Positions 55,888 to 64,000 of a DNA stretch of 64,000 nucleotides are shown here, in pieces. The notes under the pieces were generated by a model that saw nothing but the letters and a program-made list of their open reading frames with translations, was not told the DNA's origin and made no database searches. The DNA comes from an uncultured Gammaproteobacteria bacterium (GTDB lineage: Bacteria > Patescibacteriota > Patescibacteriia > Magasanikbacterales > GWA2-37-8), in the NCBI GenBank assembly GCA_964510885.1, contig CAZEDL010000006.1:12531-76530 (forward strand). Direction: 5' to 3'. How positions within the stretch are numbered: the stretch's first letter is position 1; every line of letters starts with the position of its first letter. The position numbers and the translations under genes were made by a program.

Positions 55888-56214
55888 ATGACTAAAAAAA
55901 TTTTGTTGTTTCTACTTTTGGCAACACTAATTATCCCGGCCACCGCCTCAGCCGACACCTCGACCCCGCCAGCGATTGGGGAACTAAGCCAGCTGCTTGG
56001 CATTAGTAACGACGACATCAAAGCCGAGCTCGCGGCTGGCAAAACCGCCCTCCAGATTGCCGTCGAGCATGGGATGAGAAAAGAGGTTTATTTGAAGCGC
56101 GTCGGCGCTGCAAAATCAGTGGTCAAAACGGCTGCTAAAAAAGTAGTTAAAAAAGCCTCGGCAAAACCGGTAAAAAAGGTTCCGCCTAAAACCATTAAAC
56201 CAGTCAAAAAATAG
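55888..56214 (+). CDS. Small secreted Lys-rich hypothetical protein
   Basis: A signal peptide and a Lys/Ala/Val-rich tail. Confidence 0.4.
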   Translation: MTKKILLFLLLATLIIPATASADTSTPPAIGELSQLLGISNDDIKAELAAGKTALQIAVEHGMRKEVYLKRVGAAKSVVKTAAKKVVKKASAKPVKKVPPKTIKPVKK

Positions 56215-56351
56215 ATTCAATTCTAAATAAATAAAATCCCCGAATTAAGGGGATTTTTCAGTACCGTTATTGTATGCCAAGATTTTTGGCTGTGTTCTGA
56301 GGAGCTGCTATAAAAAATGGCTTAATTTAGCCAAAATATTGCCAAAACCCA

Positions 56352-56380
56352 TTGACAAAACCCTGTTTTTGTGGTATACT
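56352..56380 (+). promoter_or_regulatory. Near-consensus promoter TTGACA-17-TGgTATACT, upstream of the high-GC lipoprotein gene
   Basis: TTGACA at 56352-56357, TATACT at 56375-56380. It is closely similar over about 40 bp to the promoter at 12932-12960. Confidence 0.55.
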
Positions 56381-56517
56381 TATTTGTTTAGTGCCTGAGA
56401 CGTAATATCGAGCCAGTATTTTGCTAAAAATAGCTAAGTAACGCCCTATATACTACTAATCGTACTATATACCGCGGTGCCTAGCACCATAAACTGAAAA
56501 TTGATAGGAGTTCGCTG

Positions 56518-57210
56518 ATGAACAAAAAAATTGGTCAGACCCTTGCGATCCTCGCCACCCTTCTCCTCGGCGCTTGCGGCTCCACGGAGTCGGGGCCGCT
56601 GGAGAAGGATCCTGCGCCCACCGCTCCCCAGACCGTCTACGGCGCCTGCACCTCCGACTCGCAGTGCCCCGGGGGCACGTGCCAGCAGGGCGTCTGCGTG
56701 GTCGAGAAGATCATCACGGTGCCGGCTGAGCCGGTCTGTGGCATCCGCTATAGCAAGCTGGATCTGGCCCCGGTGCCCTCGCGCAGCGAGCCCGTACAGC
56801 CGACCCTCTGCTTCCGCGCCGAGCCCTCGGTCATCTCGCCGAACTGCCAGCCGGTGGCGACCAATTTCGCATTCATCTTCCGCGTCAAGAGCGAGCGCCT
56901 CGACAAAGTCAACGTGATCCCGGGTGCGACCGTCGATGGGCAGAGCGTGGCCTTCCCGCTCCTCAACGGTGGCTCGCTCGGACCGAGCGGCTGGTACTAT
57001 GTCCGCCATGAGATCGCTGGCGTTCGCGACATCGGCAACGGCCTCACCATCTGCGCGCAGTGCACCAACTGCGCCACACCCGACGATCAGCCAAAGCTCG
57101 GTGTCTACATGGAGAGTCGGCTCGAGGGCGTGACGTGGGCCAAGACGCCGACCAGCGCGACCGAGAAGAACTACAGCCTCGACCTGCCCGTGGCGCTCGG
57201 CATCTTCTAG
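56518..57210 (+). CDS. High-GC Cys-rich lipoprotein (hypothetical)
   Basis: Lipobox LLLGAC, a GGAG-type RBS, about 64% GC with strong GC3 bias, and Cys-rich segments (CTSDSQCPGGTCQQGVC, CAQCTNC). Confidence 0.6.
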   Translation: MNKKIGQTLAILATLLLGACGSTESGPLEKDPAPTAPQTVYGACTSDSQCPGGTCQQGVCVVEKIITVPAEPVCGIRYSKLDLAPVPSRSEPVQPTLCFRAEPSVISPNCQPVATNFAFIFRVKSERLDKVNVIPGATVDGQSVAFPLLNGGSLGPSGWYYVRHEIAGVRDIGNGLTICAQCTNCATPDDQPKLGVYMESRLEGVTWAKTPTSATEKNYSLDLPVALGIF

Positions 57211-57257
57211 CCTCTTTTTTACCGCACAGAGCGGTGGGAAGGCCAACTCGACTCAAA

Positions 57258-57324
57258 ACCTCGTGCCTTCCCAACTTTACTTCTAATCAACAGATTGGAG
57301 ATAAAGTTGGCACGAGGTTTTTTG
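57258..57324 (+). terminator. Long hairpin terminator (CCTCGTGCC...GGCACGAGG followed by T6) after the lipoprotein gene
   Basis: Seen in sequence. A second hairpin, AAAAATATCCCGC-taa-GGCGGGATATTTTT at 57338-57372, serves the convergent hup gene. Confidence 0.6.
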
Positions 57325-57383
57325 ATAGCTAAAAATAAAAATATCCCGCTAAGGCGGGATATTTTTTTGTTTTTTTAAGAAGC

Positions 57384-57665
57384 TTATAATACAGCATCTT
57401 TGGCAGCTTTGGCCAAGCGGAATTTAACTACGGTCTTGGCAGCGATTTTGATCGCTTCGCCAGTGGCTGGGTTGCGGCCCATGCGAGCAGCGCGTTTTAC
57501 TTTAACCATTTTACCAAAGCCTGGAAGCACGAACATGCCGGTCTTCTTAACTTCTTTGTAAGCGGTCTCAGCCACGGTGTCGAGGAACATACCGACATCC
57601 TTTTTGCTTAAACCGGTTTTGTCAGCCAACAGTGAAAGTAAGGCCGACTTCGTCATTCCTGCCAT
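57384..57665 (-). CDS. hup: Nucleoid-associated DNA-binding protein HU
   Basis: HU/IHF fold signature (GFGKF-like GFGKM, beta-arm RNPATGE). Confidence 0.9.
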   Translation of the reverse strand: MAGMTKSALLSLLADKTGLSKKDVGMFLDTVAETAYKEVKKTGMFVLPGFGKMVKVKRAARMGRNPATGEAIKIAAKTVVKFRLAKAAKDAVL

Positions 57666-57804
57666 ATAACTATATGGTTAAAAATAAATGCGAAATGGTA
57701 TTGAGAAGGGCTCAATTGTTGATATGATGCCTGTAAACACGCAGATTCGTCAAGTGCCACAAGGGTTTTGGTGTGCACTAATCGCCAAAAAGATCAAGAC
57801 CCGG

Positions 57805-58653
57805 TCATTTTTTTACAAATTCTCCGGTTTGTAATTCACGGTATGCCTCATCAATTTCTTCATCCGTATTCATCACGATCGGCCCATACCAGGCAATTGA
57901 TTCGCCAAGCGGTTTTCCTGATACTAACAAAAATCGCGCCCCCGCGCCACCCGAACGCAGCGACACCAGGTCGCCCTGGCGCTCGAATAATACAATCGAT
58001 CCCTGGCCATAATCACTATGGCCGGTGCTTAATCCCACACTACCCTGAAAAATATACAAAAAAGTGGTGTAACCCGACATGACCGGGAAATCAAGCGGCT
58101 CATTTGGCGCGAGCGTAATATCAATATACAGCGGGCTCGCCATAATATCCTGCACCGGCCCGATGGCATCTTTCACCGTGCCGGCGATCACGCGCGCTTT
58201 GGCCGCTGCCCCAATCGACACTTCGGGAATATTCTGGTTTTTCACTTCCTGATAGCGCGGCCGCATCATTTTATCTTTCTGCGGCAAATTTACCCACAAC
58301 TGAAACCCTTGAATCCCGCTCGTGCCCTCGGGCATTTCTTCGTGAATAATGCCGCTCCCCGAAGTCATCCACTGCACATCGCCGCGGCCAATCACGCCGG
58401 CATTCCCAATCGAATCCCGGTGCCGCACATCGCCGCTCAAGATATATGTCACGGTTTCTATGCCGCGATGCGGATGCATGGGGAATCCCTGCAAATAATC
58501 CATCGGATTCGGCGAGCTGAAATCATCGAATAGGAGGAACGGGTCAAAGCGGGGGACTTCGGCGTTGGCAAAGCCGCGGTGGAGGCGTACGCCCGCACCT
58601 TCTAGGGTTTGGCGGGTAGTGAGGACCGAATTGATTATTTTAGTTTGAGACAT
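57805..58653 (-). CDS. Pirin family cupin protein
   Basis: Pirin N-terminal metal-binding motif HPHRGIETVTY and a bicupin architecture. Confidence 0.88.
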   Translation of the reverse strand: MSQTKIINSVLTTRQTLEGAGVRLHRGFANAEVPRFDPFLLFDDFSSPNPMDYLQGFPMHPHRGIETVTYILSGDVRHRDSIGNAGVIGRGDVQWMTSGSGIIHEEMPEGTSGIQGFQLWVNLPQKDKMMRPRYQEVKNQNIPEVSIGAAAKARVIAGTVKDAIGPVQDIMASPLYIDITLAPNEPLDFPVMSGYTTFLYIFQGSVGLSTGHSDYGQGSIVLFERQGDLVSLRSGGAGARFLLVSGKPLGESIAWYGPIVMNTDEEIDEAYRELQTGEFVKK

Positions 58654-58695
58654 ATCGGCAATGATGCTATATTTCTAATGCATTTATTATTCTAT

Positions 58696-59514
58696 ATGAA
58701 TTTTAGTAATTTTAAAAATGTTGTCGATCAGTTTCCCGCCACCCCCACCATGCCCGCCCTCTTCATCGGCCACGGCTCCCCAGCCAATGCCCTCGAAGAC
58801 AATGCCTACACCCGAGCCTGGATTGAAATGGGAAAGAATCTCGCAAAGCCGAGTGCCATTCTTTGCATCTCCGCCCACTGGTTCACCGATGGCACCTATG
58901 TCCACGGCCGCGAGCGCCCGCAAACGATTCACGATTACTACGGCTTTCCGCCGGAGTTATATGCTATTCGCTATAATTGTCCTGGCGCCCCCGAGCTAGC
59001 CCGTGACGTACAAAAATCCGTCACCAAAACGAGTGTACTCTGGGATGAAGACTGGGGCCTTGATCACGGCTGCTGGGTGGTGATTCGACATCTGTTTCCG
59101 AATGCCGATGTCCCCGTGTTCCAGATGAGCCTTGATGCTACAAAGCCGCCGCAATTCCATTACGACCTGGCTAAAGAGCTTGCCGCGCTGCGCCGCCGTG
59201 GGGTGCTTATAGTGGGCAGTGGCAATATCGTTCACAACCTCGGCCTGATTTCATTTGATCATATAACCACACCCTATGATTGGGCGCTCGAATTTGATGA
59301 GGTATCAAAAAAATTAATTGATGACGGAAATCACCAAGCCTTAATCGATTACAAAAAATTGGGCCATGCGGCCCAACTATCTATCCCAACTCCGGATCAT
59401 TATTGGCCACTCTTGTACACGCTCGCGCTCCAAGAGCCAGGCGAGAGCGTAAACTTTTTTGCCGAAGGCCACACGCACAAAAGCATTTCTATGCGGTCAC
59501 TGATTATTAGCTAA
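58696..59514 (+). CDS. Class III extradiol ring-cleavage dioxygenase family (LigB/YgiD-like)
   Basis: MPALFIGHGSP...HG...H motifs of the DODA/YgiD family. The ATG at 58696 is chosen, though 58750 is also possible; the track start at 58609 overlaps the divergent pirin gene. Confidence 0.75.
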   Translation: MNFSNFKNVVDQFPATPTMPALFIGHGSPANALEDNAYTRAWIEMGKNLAKPSAILCISAHWFTDGTYVHGRERPQTIHDYYGFPPELYAIRYNCPGAPELARDVQKSVTKTSVLWDEDWGLDHGCWVVIRHLFPNADVPVFQMSLDATKPPQFHYDLAKELAALRRRGVLIVGSGNIVHNLGLISFDHITTPYDWALEFDEVSKKLIDDGNHQALIDYKKLGHAAQLSIPTPDHYWPLLYTLALQEPGESVNFFAEGHTHKSISMRSLIIS

Positions 59515-59520
59515 ACCTGC

Positions 59521-60900
59521 TTAGAGCAGTGAGTTTTTCCCCGCGCCCGTCACTCGTTTAATATACTCCTTCGCATGACATTTCCGCCCCGTACTCTCGC
59601 GACTCATATACCGAATACTCCCAAAAATAGCTCGTTCAAACCACGGCCGGTCATGCACCCCGCCAATTGACCAGGCGATGCCAACATACCCATTCGGATC
59701 CCGCCCATCGAGCTCGTATTTGTCATTCAGATAAATTGCAATTTTCATCGCATCCTCCGGGCTCTTGGTCCATTCCAAAATTTTCTTGGCCCAATACATA
59801 CGGAGGTATCCGTGCATTTTCCCGTGCCGCACCATTTCAGTTTGCGCCGCATTCCACAAATCATCGTGAGTTTTCGACCGTTCTAATTCCGCGTCAGTAT
59901 AGGTCACTGGTCGCTCATCTTTTTTATGCTTCTGCAATGATTCGGTAGCCCACGCCGGGAATCCCGCCGCCGTATCATACTTTTTATTATAAAAACAAAA
60001 ATTATCCGCCAGTTCACGTCGCACCACTAACTCTTCAAGAAAAGCTGTGCTTGATGGTGATGACGGGTGATGCTTCCTGACCTCCATTACAATTCGCGCG
60101 GCCGATAGCTGGCCGAAATGTAAATAGGGCGATAAATTAGACTGTCCATCAATCGCCGGGTCATTACGGCTGCTTTCGTAAGCTGATAATTTTTTGCTAA
60201 TAAAATTGCTAAGACTGTGCTCTGCTGCCCGTTCACCGGGAGTAATCCATTCCACCGGTGTTACATCCCGATTAATCTGCAGGGTTCTTTCTACCATGTC
60301 CCAATCAGTTGGCGTCGATAAAAAAGCGATTTGTTTTTTAAGCGCCGGAAATGGCTCCAAAAATTCCGGCAACTGGCTAAGTATCTTCGGCCGAAAGGTT
60401 CGTGCCGCAAATTCTTGCTTGGGCGATGCCTGCCAGCACGGCACGATGTTATGCGCATCGACTTCAAACAGGGGAATAGAAATTTTCTTTTTTACCATCT
60501 CTTTCCACTGATCATAAATCCTAAGCGGAGAAAAATCTGCCACCAGCGCCCCGGCTCGGGCGCGATCTAAAAATTCGGGAATTGCTTCTCCGGGCGACCC
60601 AAGTACAACAGAAAACGGAATCGAGAGCGACCGTAAATCACCCTCTACTTCTCGTAATCCGCGTAGCATAAAATCATACTGGCGGAGTGTCGCTTCGAGG
60701 AACGTGGGCACGAGGCAAAATACCACCTGAACAGTCGTGTTATGCTTACGGGCTAATTCCTGCGCGTAGAGCAGTGCCCAGTTATCCTGCACCCGTTGAT
60801 CCCGGCTCATCCAGTAAATAATCGGCCCTGGTCTAATGGCGTGAGTAGATAAAGTGCGAACACGTTTTGGATTAACGCTGTGTAGCCTCATAGCAAACAT
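59521..60900 (-). CDS. Class II CPD deoxyribodipyrimidine photolyase
   Basis: It is strongly similar along its length to archaeal/eukaryote-type class II photolyases (N-terminus NPKRVR...GPIIYWMSRDQRVQDNWALLYAQ; C-terminus KTHDDLWNAAQ...GKMHGYLRMYWAKKILEW...NGYVGIAWSIGGVHDRPW). Confidence 0.9.
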   Translation of the reverse strand: MFAMRLHSVNPKRVRTLSTHAIRPGPIIYWMSRDQRVQDNWALLYAQELARKHNTTVQVVFCLVPTFLEATLRQYDFMLRGLREVEGDLRSLSIPFSVVLGSPGEAIPEFLDRARAGALVADFSPLRIYDQWKEMVKKKISIPLFEVDAHNIVPCWQASPKQEFAARTFRPKILSQLPEFLEPFPALKKQIAFLSTPTDWDMVERTLQINRDVTPVEWITPGERAAEHSLSNFISKKLSAYESSRNDPAIDGQSNLSPYLHFGQLSAARIVMEVRKHHPSSPSSTAFLEELVVRRELADNFCFYNKKYDTAAGFPAWATESLQKHKKDERPVTYTDAELERSKTHDDLWNAAQTEMVRHGKMHGYLRMYWAKKILEWTKSPEDAMKIAIYLNDKYELDGRDPNGYVGIAWSIGGVHDRPWFERAIFGSIRYMSRESTGRKCHAKEYIKRVTGAGKNSLL

Positions 60901-60934
60901 GAGTGGTGTTTAAGCAACGGCCTGGCTAGAAAGC

Positions 60935-61414
60935 TCAATTTAGTCGCCAAATGCCATAGTTCAAATAGGTGGCAAAGAGGAGCCATCCTAAATACGGAAA
61001 CAACAGATACGCCGCCACCCGGGAAATCCGGTAAAAAGAGTAGATAGTTGCCAAGAGAAATAGTAGGAGCATTAAAATGACCGCAAGCCCGAGAGCTGGA
61101 TTTTGCTCGCCAAAGAACGCTATCGACCACAGCACGTTACATCCCAATTGGCAGGTAAATAGTTGTAAGGCTAAGGTGTGTTTATCATTCTTTGTCCCGC
61201 CCTGCCACACGAGGTAACTGGCTACACCCATTATAAAATAAAGTGTCGTCCACACCGGTCCAAATACCCATGGCGGGGGAGTGAGTGCTGGTTTTGCTAA
61301 ATGGGTATACCAATTAGGAATATTCGGCATCGTAAAAAGTGAGCCGATTATTCCGGCGAGTTGAGTAATCACCATTGCGCAGATAAATACTACGATTTTT
61401 TTACCTCTGTTCAT
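60935..61414 (-). CDS. tspO: TspO/MBR tryptophan-rich sensory protein
   Basis: A 5-TM, about 159-aa protein with Trp/Pro-rich motifs (PPWVFGPVWTTLY). Confidence 0.85.
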   Translation of the reverse strand: MNRGKKIVVFICAMVITQLAGIIGSLFTMPNIPNWYTHLAKPALTPPPWVFGPVWTTLYFIMGVASYLVWQGGTKNDKHTLALQLFTCQLGCNVLWSIAFFGEQNPALGLAVILMLLLFLLATIYSFYRISRVAAYLLFPYLGWLLFATYLNYGIWRLN

Positions 61415-61420
61415 ACGATA

Positions 61421-61852
61421 CTATATCCGATTCAAAATAAGATAGGCGAGTGCTGATGTCGTGCCGGCGAGTACGGTGCCCCAAGCCATATCAATCAGCG
61501 ACATCGGCACTGGCCAATTTTTTAAGGTAGACAAATTAGTTAAATCATACGCCGCATAAGCAATCAGACCGAGCAGTGCGCCACGCAACAGAGCTTCGTT
61601 CCATGAGCGGTGGGCGAGCGCCGGACTAATTACAAATAATATGAGCCCCACTGCAAACAAGGGGTAAAATAATGCTGCCGGAGCGAGGGATAAATTGTCT
61701 TTCATCAAAAATCCAATCTGCTGCCGATACAGATTTTTTGCAATCAGAGCGAGCCAGATAATATCAAGCCCGAGTAGTATTGGCAGAGTTACTAAGAATT
61801 CTTTGATCAACATAAATTCATGAATCTTAAATAGTATACCACAGCAGTACAA
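61421..61852 (-). CDS. DUF2177-like membrane protein
   Basis: A small multi-TM protein; the family assignment is tentative. Confidence 0.45.
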   Translation of the reverse strand: MYCCGILFKIHEFMLIKEFLVTLPILLGLDIIWLALIAKNLYRQQIGFLMKDNLSLAPAALFYPLFAVGLILFVISPALAHRSWNEALLRGALLGLIAYAAYDLTNLSTLKNWPVPMSLIDMAWGTVLAGTTSALAYLILNRI

Positions 61853-61892
61853 AAAACACCCTTATTGATCAAGGGTGTATAGGTAAACAAGT

Positions 61893-62555
61893 CTAACTTT
61901 GCGCTTTGTAAAAGCGTTGAATCGACAACCAGTCCCAGTAATTATTATTATGCCGCAGGCCCCACCAGGCTCTAAAAATTGAAATGCCGCTACCAATAAC
62001 AGCACCCAGGCCACCAAACAGCAGATCGTACTTGGTATCGCTAGAAATATAATTCCCCAATTCACCAGACAAGTGAGTATGCAGGATCATGTCTGCCCCG
62101 AATTCAAATAGTTCCCACATCAGGGCGCTGCCAATAACAAGTCCAAATGTAGCTGCTATCGATTGGGTCCGATTCCAACCGTACCGATCACGCAGAATAA
62201 ATGGCAGTAGCAACGCTGCCAGAAGCGGTACCAAAAAATGTAAGACTTTATCATAGGGCACGCCAAATTGATACAGCCCATATAATCCAAGCCCGCCGAG
62301 TGCATCACCTGTAAACGCTATTGCCAAAAATATCTGCAGAGAATCAACAGCCCGATTTTTATGTTCTGCGCGCAGCGCACTCTGGTGCACATGGGCGAAG
62401 CGGGGGAGAGAGTATAAAATTGTGGCGCCAATCAGCATGGCAATCCCCGTGTAGCGTACATCATACACATACCATAGCCAGTGTTTCGGCAGCAGTATAA
62501 GTGCAAGCCCGGATGTCAATAAAAAAAATTGTACACTGCGGACAAATAATTTCAT
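61893..62555 (-). CDS. Hypothetical integral membrane protein
   Basis: A multi-TM ORF with no recognised signature. Confidence 0.45.
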   Translation of the reverse strand: MKLFVRSVQFFLLTSGLALILLPKHWLWYVYDVRYTGIAMLIGATILYSLPRFAHVHQSALRAEHKNRAVDSLQIFLAIAFTGDALGGLGLYGLYQFGVPYDKVLHFLVPLLAALLLPFILRDRYGWNRTQSIAATFGLVIGSALMWELFEFGADMILHTHLSGELGNYISSDTKYDLLFGGLGAVIGSGISIFRAWWGLRHNNNYWDWLSIQRFYKAQS

Positions 62556-62665
62556 ATAATCACGCTTAAGACTGACACTCTATCTGACGAATGAACGGTG
62601 TAATTATGACAGCCGAGTATCTGTAAGTAAAAGTAAAGCCAAGATAGCTGTATTTTTATTTATTT

Positions 62666-63151
62666 CTAAATACTGTCCCACTTTACATTAGTCACTCCCG
62701 GTAACCGCAGTATGTTCACTTCTACTTGCGGACGACAACTGCACAGGGCGATCGAAATTCCTGCCCAGGCATCAATCGGTGGAATATGAATCGTGCCGTT
62801 CTCTTCGCTGAATGGCAATTGTTGCAACGCTTGTTGGCATTGCCCGCTGGTGGCGAGCACCGCCACAGTGTGCGCCTGCTCAGCCAGGGTATCACCAAGC
62901 ATCACACTGCTGGTTACCACTTCAGTCACCACTGTTTTCCTATAGCCATAACTATACATCTGTTCGCCGTTACAAAATAATAATGGATTCTGTTTTGATA
63001 CCAAGTATGTGGTTGTAGTAGGCATTATTGGGCTACTGCCCACATCTGATGGGGAATTATCTGCTGTTGGCTCGCGACTGCATCCGGCTCCAATTAGCAG
63101 TAGCGCTGCACCGACAGCCAATAAGTATAAGTAGTTTGCGTGTCTAATCAT
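62666..63151 (-). CDS. Hypothetical lipoprotein
   Basis: Lipobox LIGAGC. Confidence 0.5.
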   Translation of the reverse strand: MIRHANYLYLLAVGAALLLIGAGCSREPTADNSPSDVGSSPIMPTTTTYLVSKQNPLLFCNGEQMYSYGYRKTVVTEVVTSSVMLGDTLAEQAHTVAVLATSGQCQQALQQLPFSEENGTIHIPPIDAWAGISIALCSCRPQVEVNILRLPGVTNVKWDSI

Positions 63152-63238
63152 ACTCGTAATACTTAAGAAGTTAATTCGTCTATAGTAACCGTAGCACTGC
63201 GTTGATTAATCAGTAGTTCGCCTGTACACTGTAACCTT

Positions 63239-63676
63239 TTGGCTAAAAATAAGGTATTTATACAATATATGACGTTACACTCTTTCCATTCATACCGAGC
63301 TCGTGTGGCCATTGTACCATTCGCTCTGGCCGTTATATTATTACCAGGCACAGCCGTGGCTGCCGTCTACCCAAGCGGTATGGTCGACGCCCTGCATACC
63401 TTTGGCCGGACGATCGGATTTGCCGAAACTGATCCGGGCTTAATCATCGCCCACCTTATAAAAATCGGTCTCCAATTCGTCGGTATCATTTTGGTGGTCA
63501 TGATTATTTTTAGTGGCATCGGTTTTTTGTTTTCAGGAGGTAAAGATGAAAATATGAAAAAAGCCCGCCGCTCACTCGCTGGCACCATTATCGGCCTGAT
63601 CATCATTCTCTCGGCCTATAGCATCGTGTCGTTTATTTTTACCGCCTTCAATTCGGCGGCGTCTCCAGCCATTTAA
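63239..63676 (+). CDS. Small two-helix membrane protein with a pilin-like hairpin (SGGKDENMK loop), possibly VirB2/TrbC-like
   Basis: A signal-like N-terminus and two hydrophobic helices separated by an SGGKDENMK loop. The start may be at 63269. The same hairpin motif occurs in the 29628-31007 protein. Confidence 0.45.
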   Translation: MAKNKVFIQYMTLHSFHSYRARVAIVPFALAVILLPGTAVAAVYPSGMVDALHTFGRTIGFAETDPGLIIAHLIKIGLQFVGIILVVMIIFSGIGFLFSGGKDENMKKARRSLAGTIIGLIIILSAYSIVSFIFTAFNSAASPAI

Positions 63677-63714
63677 AAAATGCCACCACAGTGTTAGCTG
63701 TAGTGGCATATTAA

Positions 63715-63957
63715 TTACATTTTTTTGATCAGCGACCCGAGCACCCACTGCTTGTCACCAATCCGATACCACCCATTCTTCTCTTCCAAAATTCGCACCA
63801 GTTCACCTTTCTTCAATTTTTTCACAATGGTATTTTTCGTCGCCGGGCCGCTACGTACATTAATGCCCGTATCACTCGAAGTCCCGCGTTTGATCGCGAT
63901 CGCGCCCATATAGAGGGGGACGCTGCGCGTTGGCTCGACAAAAAATTGTCCCGGCAA
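63715..63957 (-). CDS. Bacterial SH3 (SH3b) domain protein (may extend beyond this ORF or the window)
   Basis: SH3_3-like motif VRSGPATKNTIVKKLKKGELVRILEEKNGWYRI. Confidence 0.5.
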   Translation of the reverse strand: MPGQFFVEPTRSVPLYMGAIAIKRGTSSDTGINVRSGPATKNTIVKKLKKGELVRILEEKNGWYRIGDKQWVLGSLIKKM

Positions 63958-64000
63958 ATTATACCCGCAACTGGCACTGCCGCCACCATCAGCCTGCAGT

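Noticed and set aside
1-64000. CRISPR arrays, rRNA genes, IS elements and transposases
   Set aside because: There are no regularly spaced direct repeats with unique spacers, no rRNA-like segments, and no transposase or integrase ORFs anywhere in the window.

Overview
The window is a roughly 50% GC bacterial chromosomal segment dominated by housekeeping genes on both strands. From the spc-operon tail onward it carries secY (3' end), adk, map, ruvX, recO, asnS, parA, parB, rsh, topA, folC, dprA, pepP, pth, der, an LCP-family gene, recG, radA, clpB, a phosphohexomutase, htpX, lemA, rseP, pheS, pheT, dnaE, tsaD, hup, two glycosyltransferases, and a light/oxidative-stress cluster of pirin, a LigB-type dioxygenase, a class II photolyase and tspO. 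There are four tRNAs: Leu-CAA, Val-CAC, Arg with an apparent GCG anticodon, and Met-CAT. No rRNA or CRISPR array is present. The many small secreted or membrane proteins, PD40 propellers and truncated Rsh fit a reduced-genome, possibly Patescibacteria/CPR-like lineage, but that is inference only.

Structure not explained by the gene list:
- An intergenic high-GC segment (about 12040-12430) holds a Shine-Dalgarno-led 68-codon ORF followed by a sequence matching the full type III hammerhead ribozyme core, at 12321-12390.
- Two tandem orphan small-RNA-like units (12932-13056, 13180-13306) each have a near-consensus extended -10 sigma70 promoter and an intrinsic terminator.
- Two related families of GC-rich palindromic MITE-like repeats sit at four loci (13.1 kb, 13.8-14.0 kb, 50.8 kb, 52.1-52.3 kb).
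- Several compositional islands suggest horizontal acquisition: a 66% GC M1 aminopeptidase, a 64% GC lipoprotein gene, a 57% GC fatty-acid hydroxylase gene and the small ORF.
- A two-helix SGGxD-x-MK hairpin domain is shared by two membrane proteins, one of them fused to a C39-like peptidase.

Coordinates of short motifs were counted by hand and may be off by 1-2 nt.
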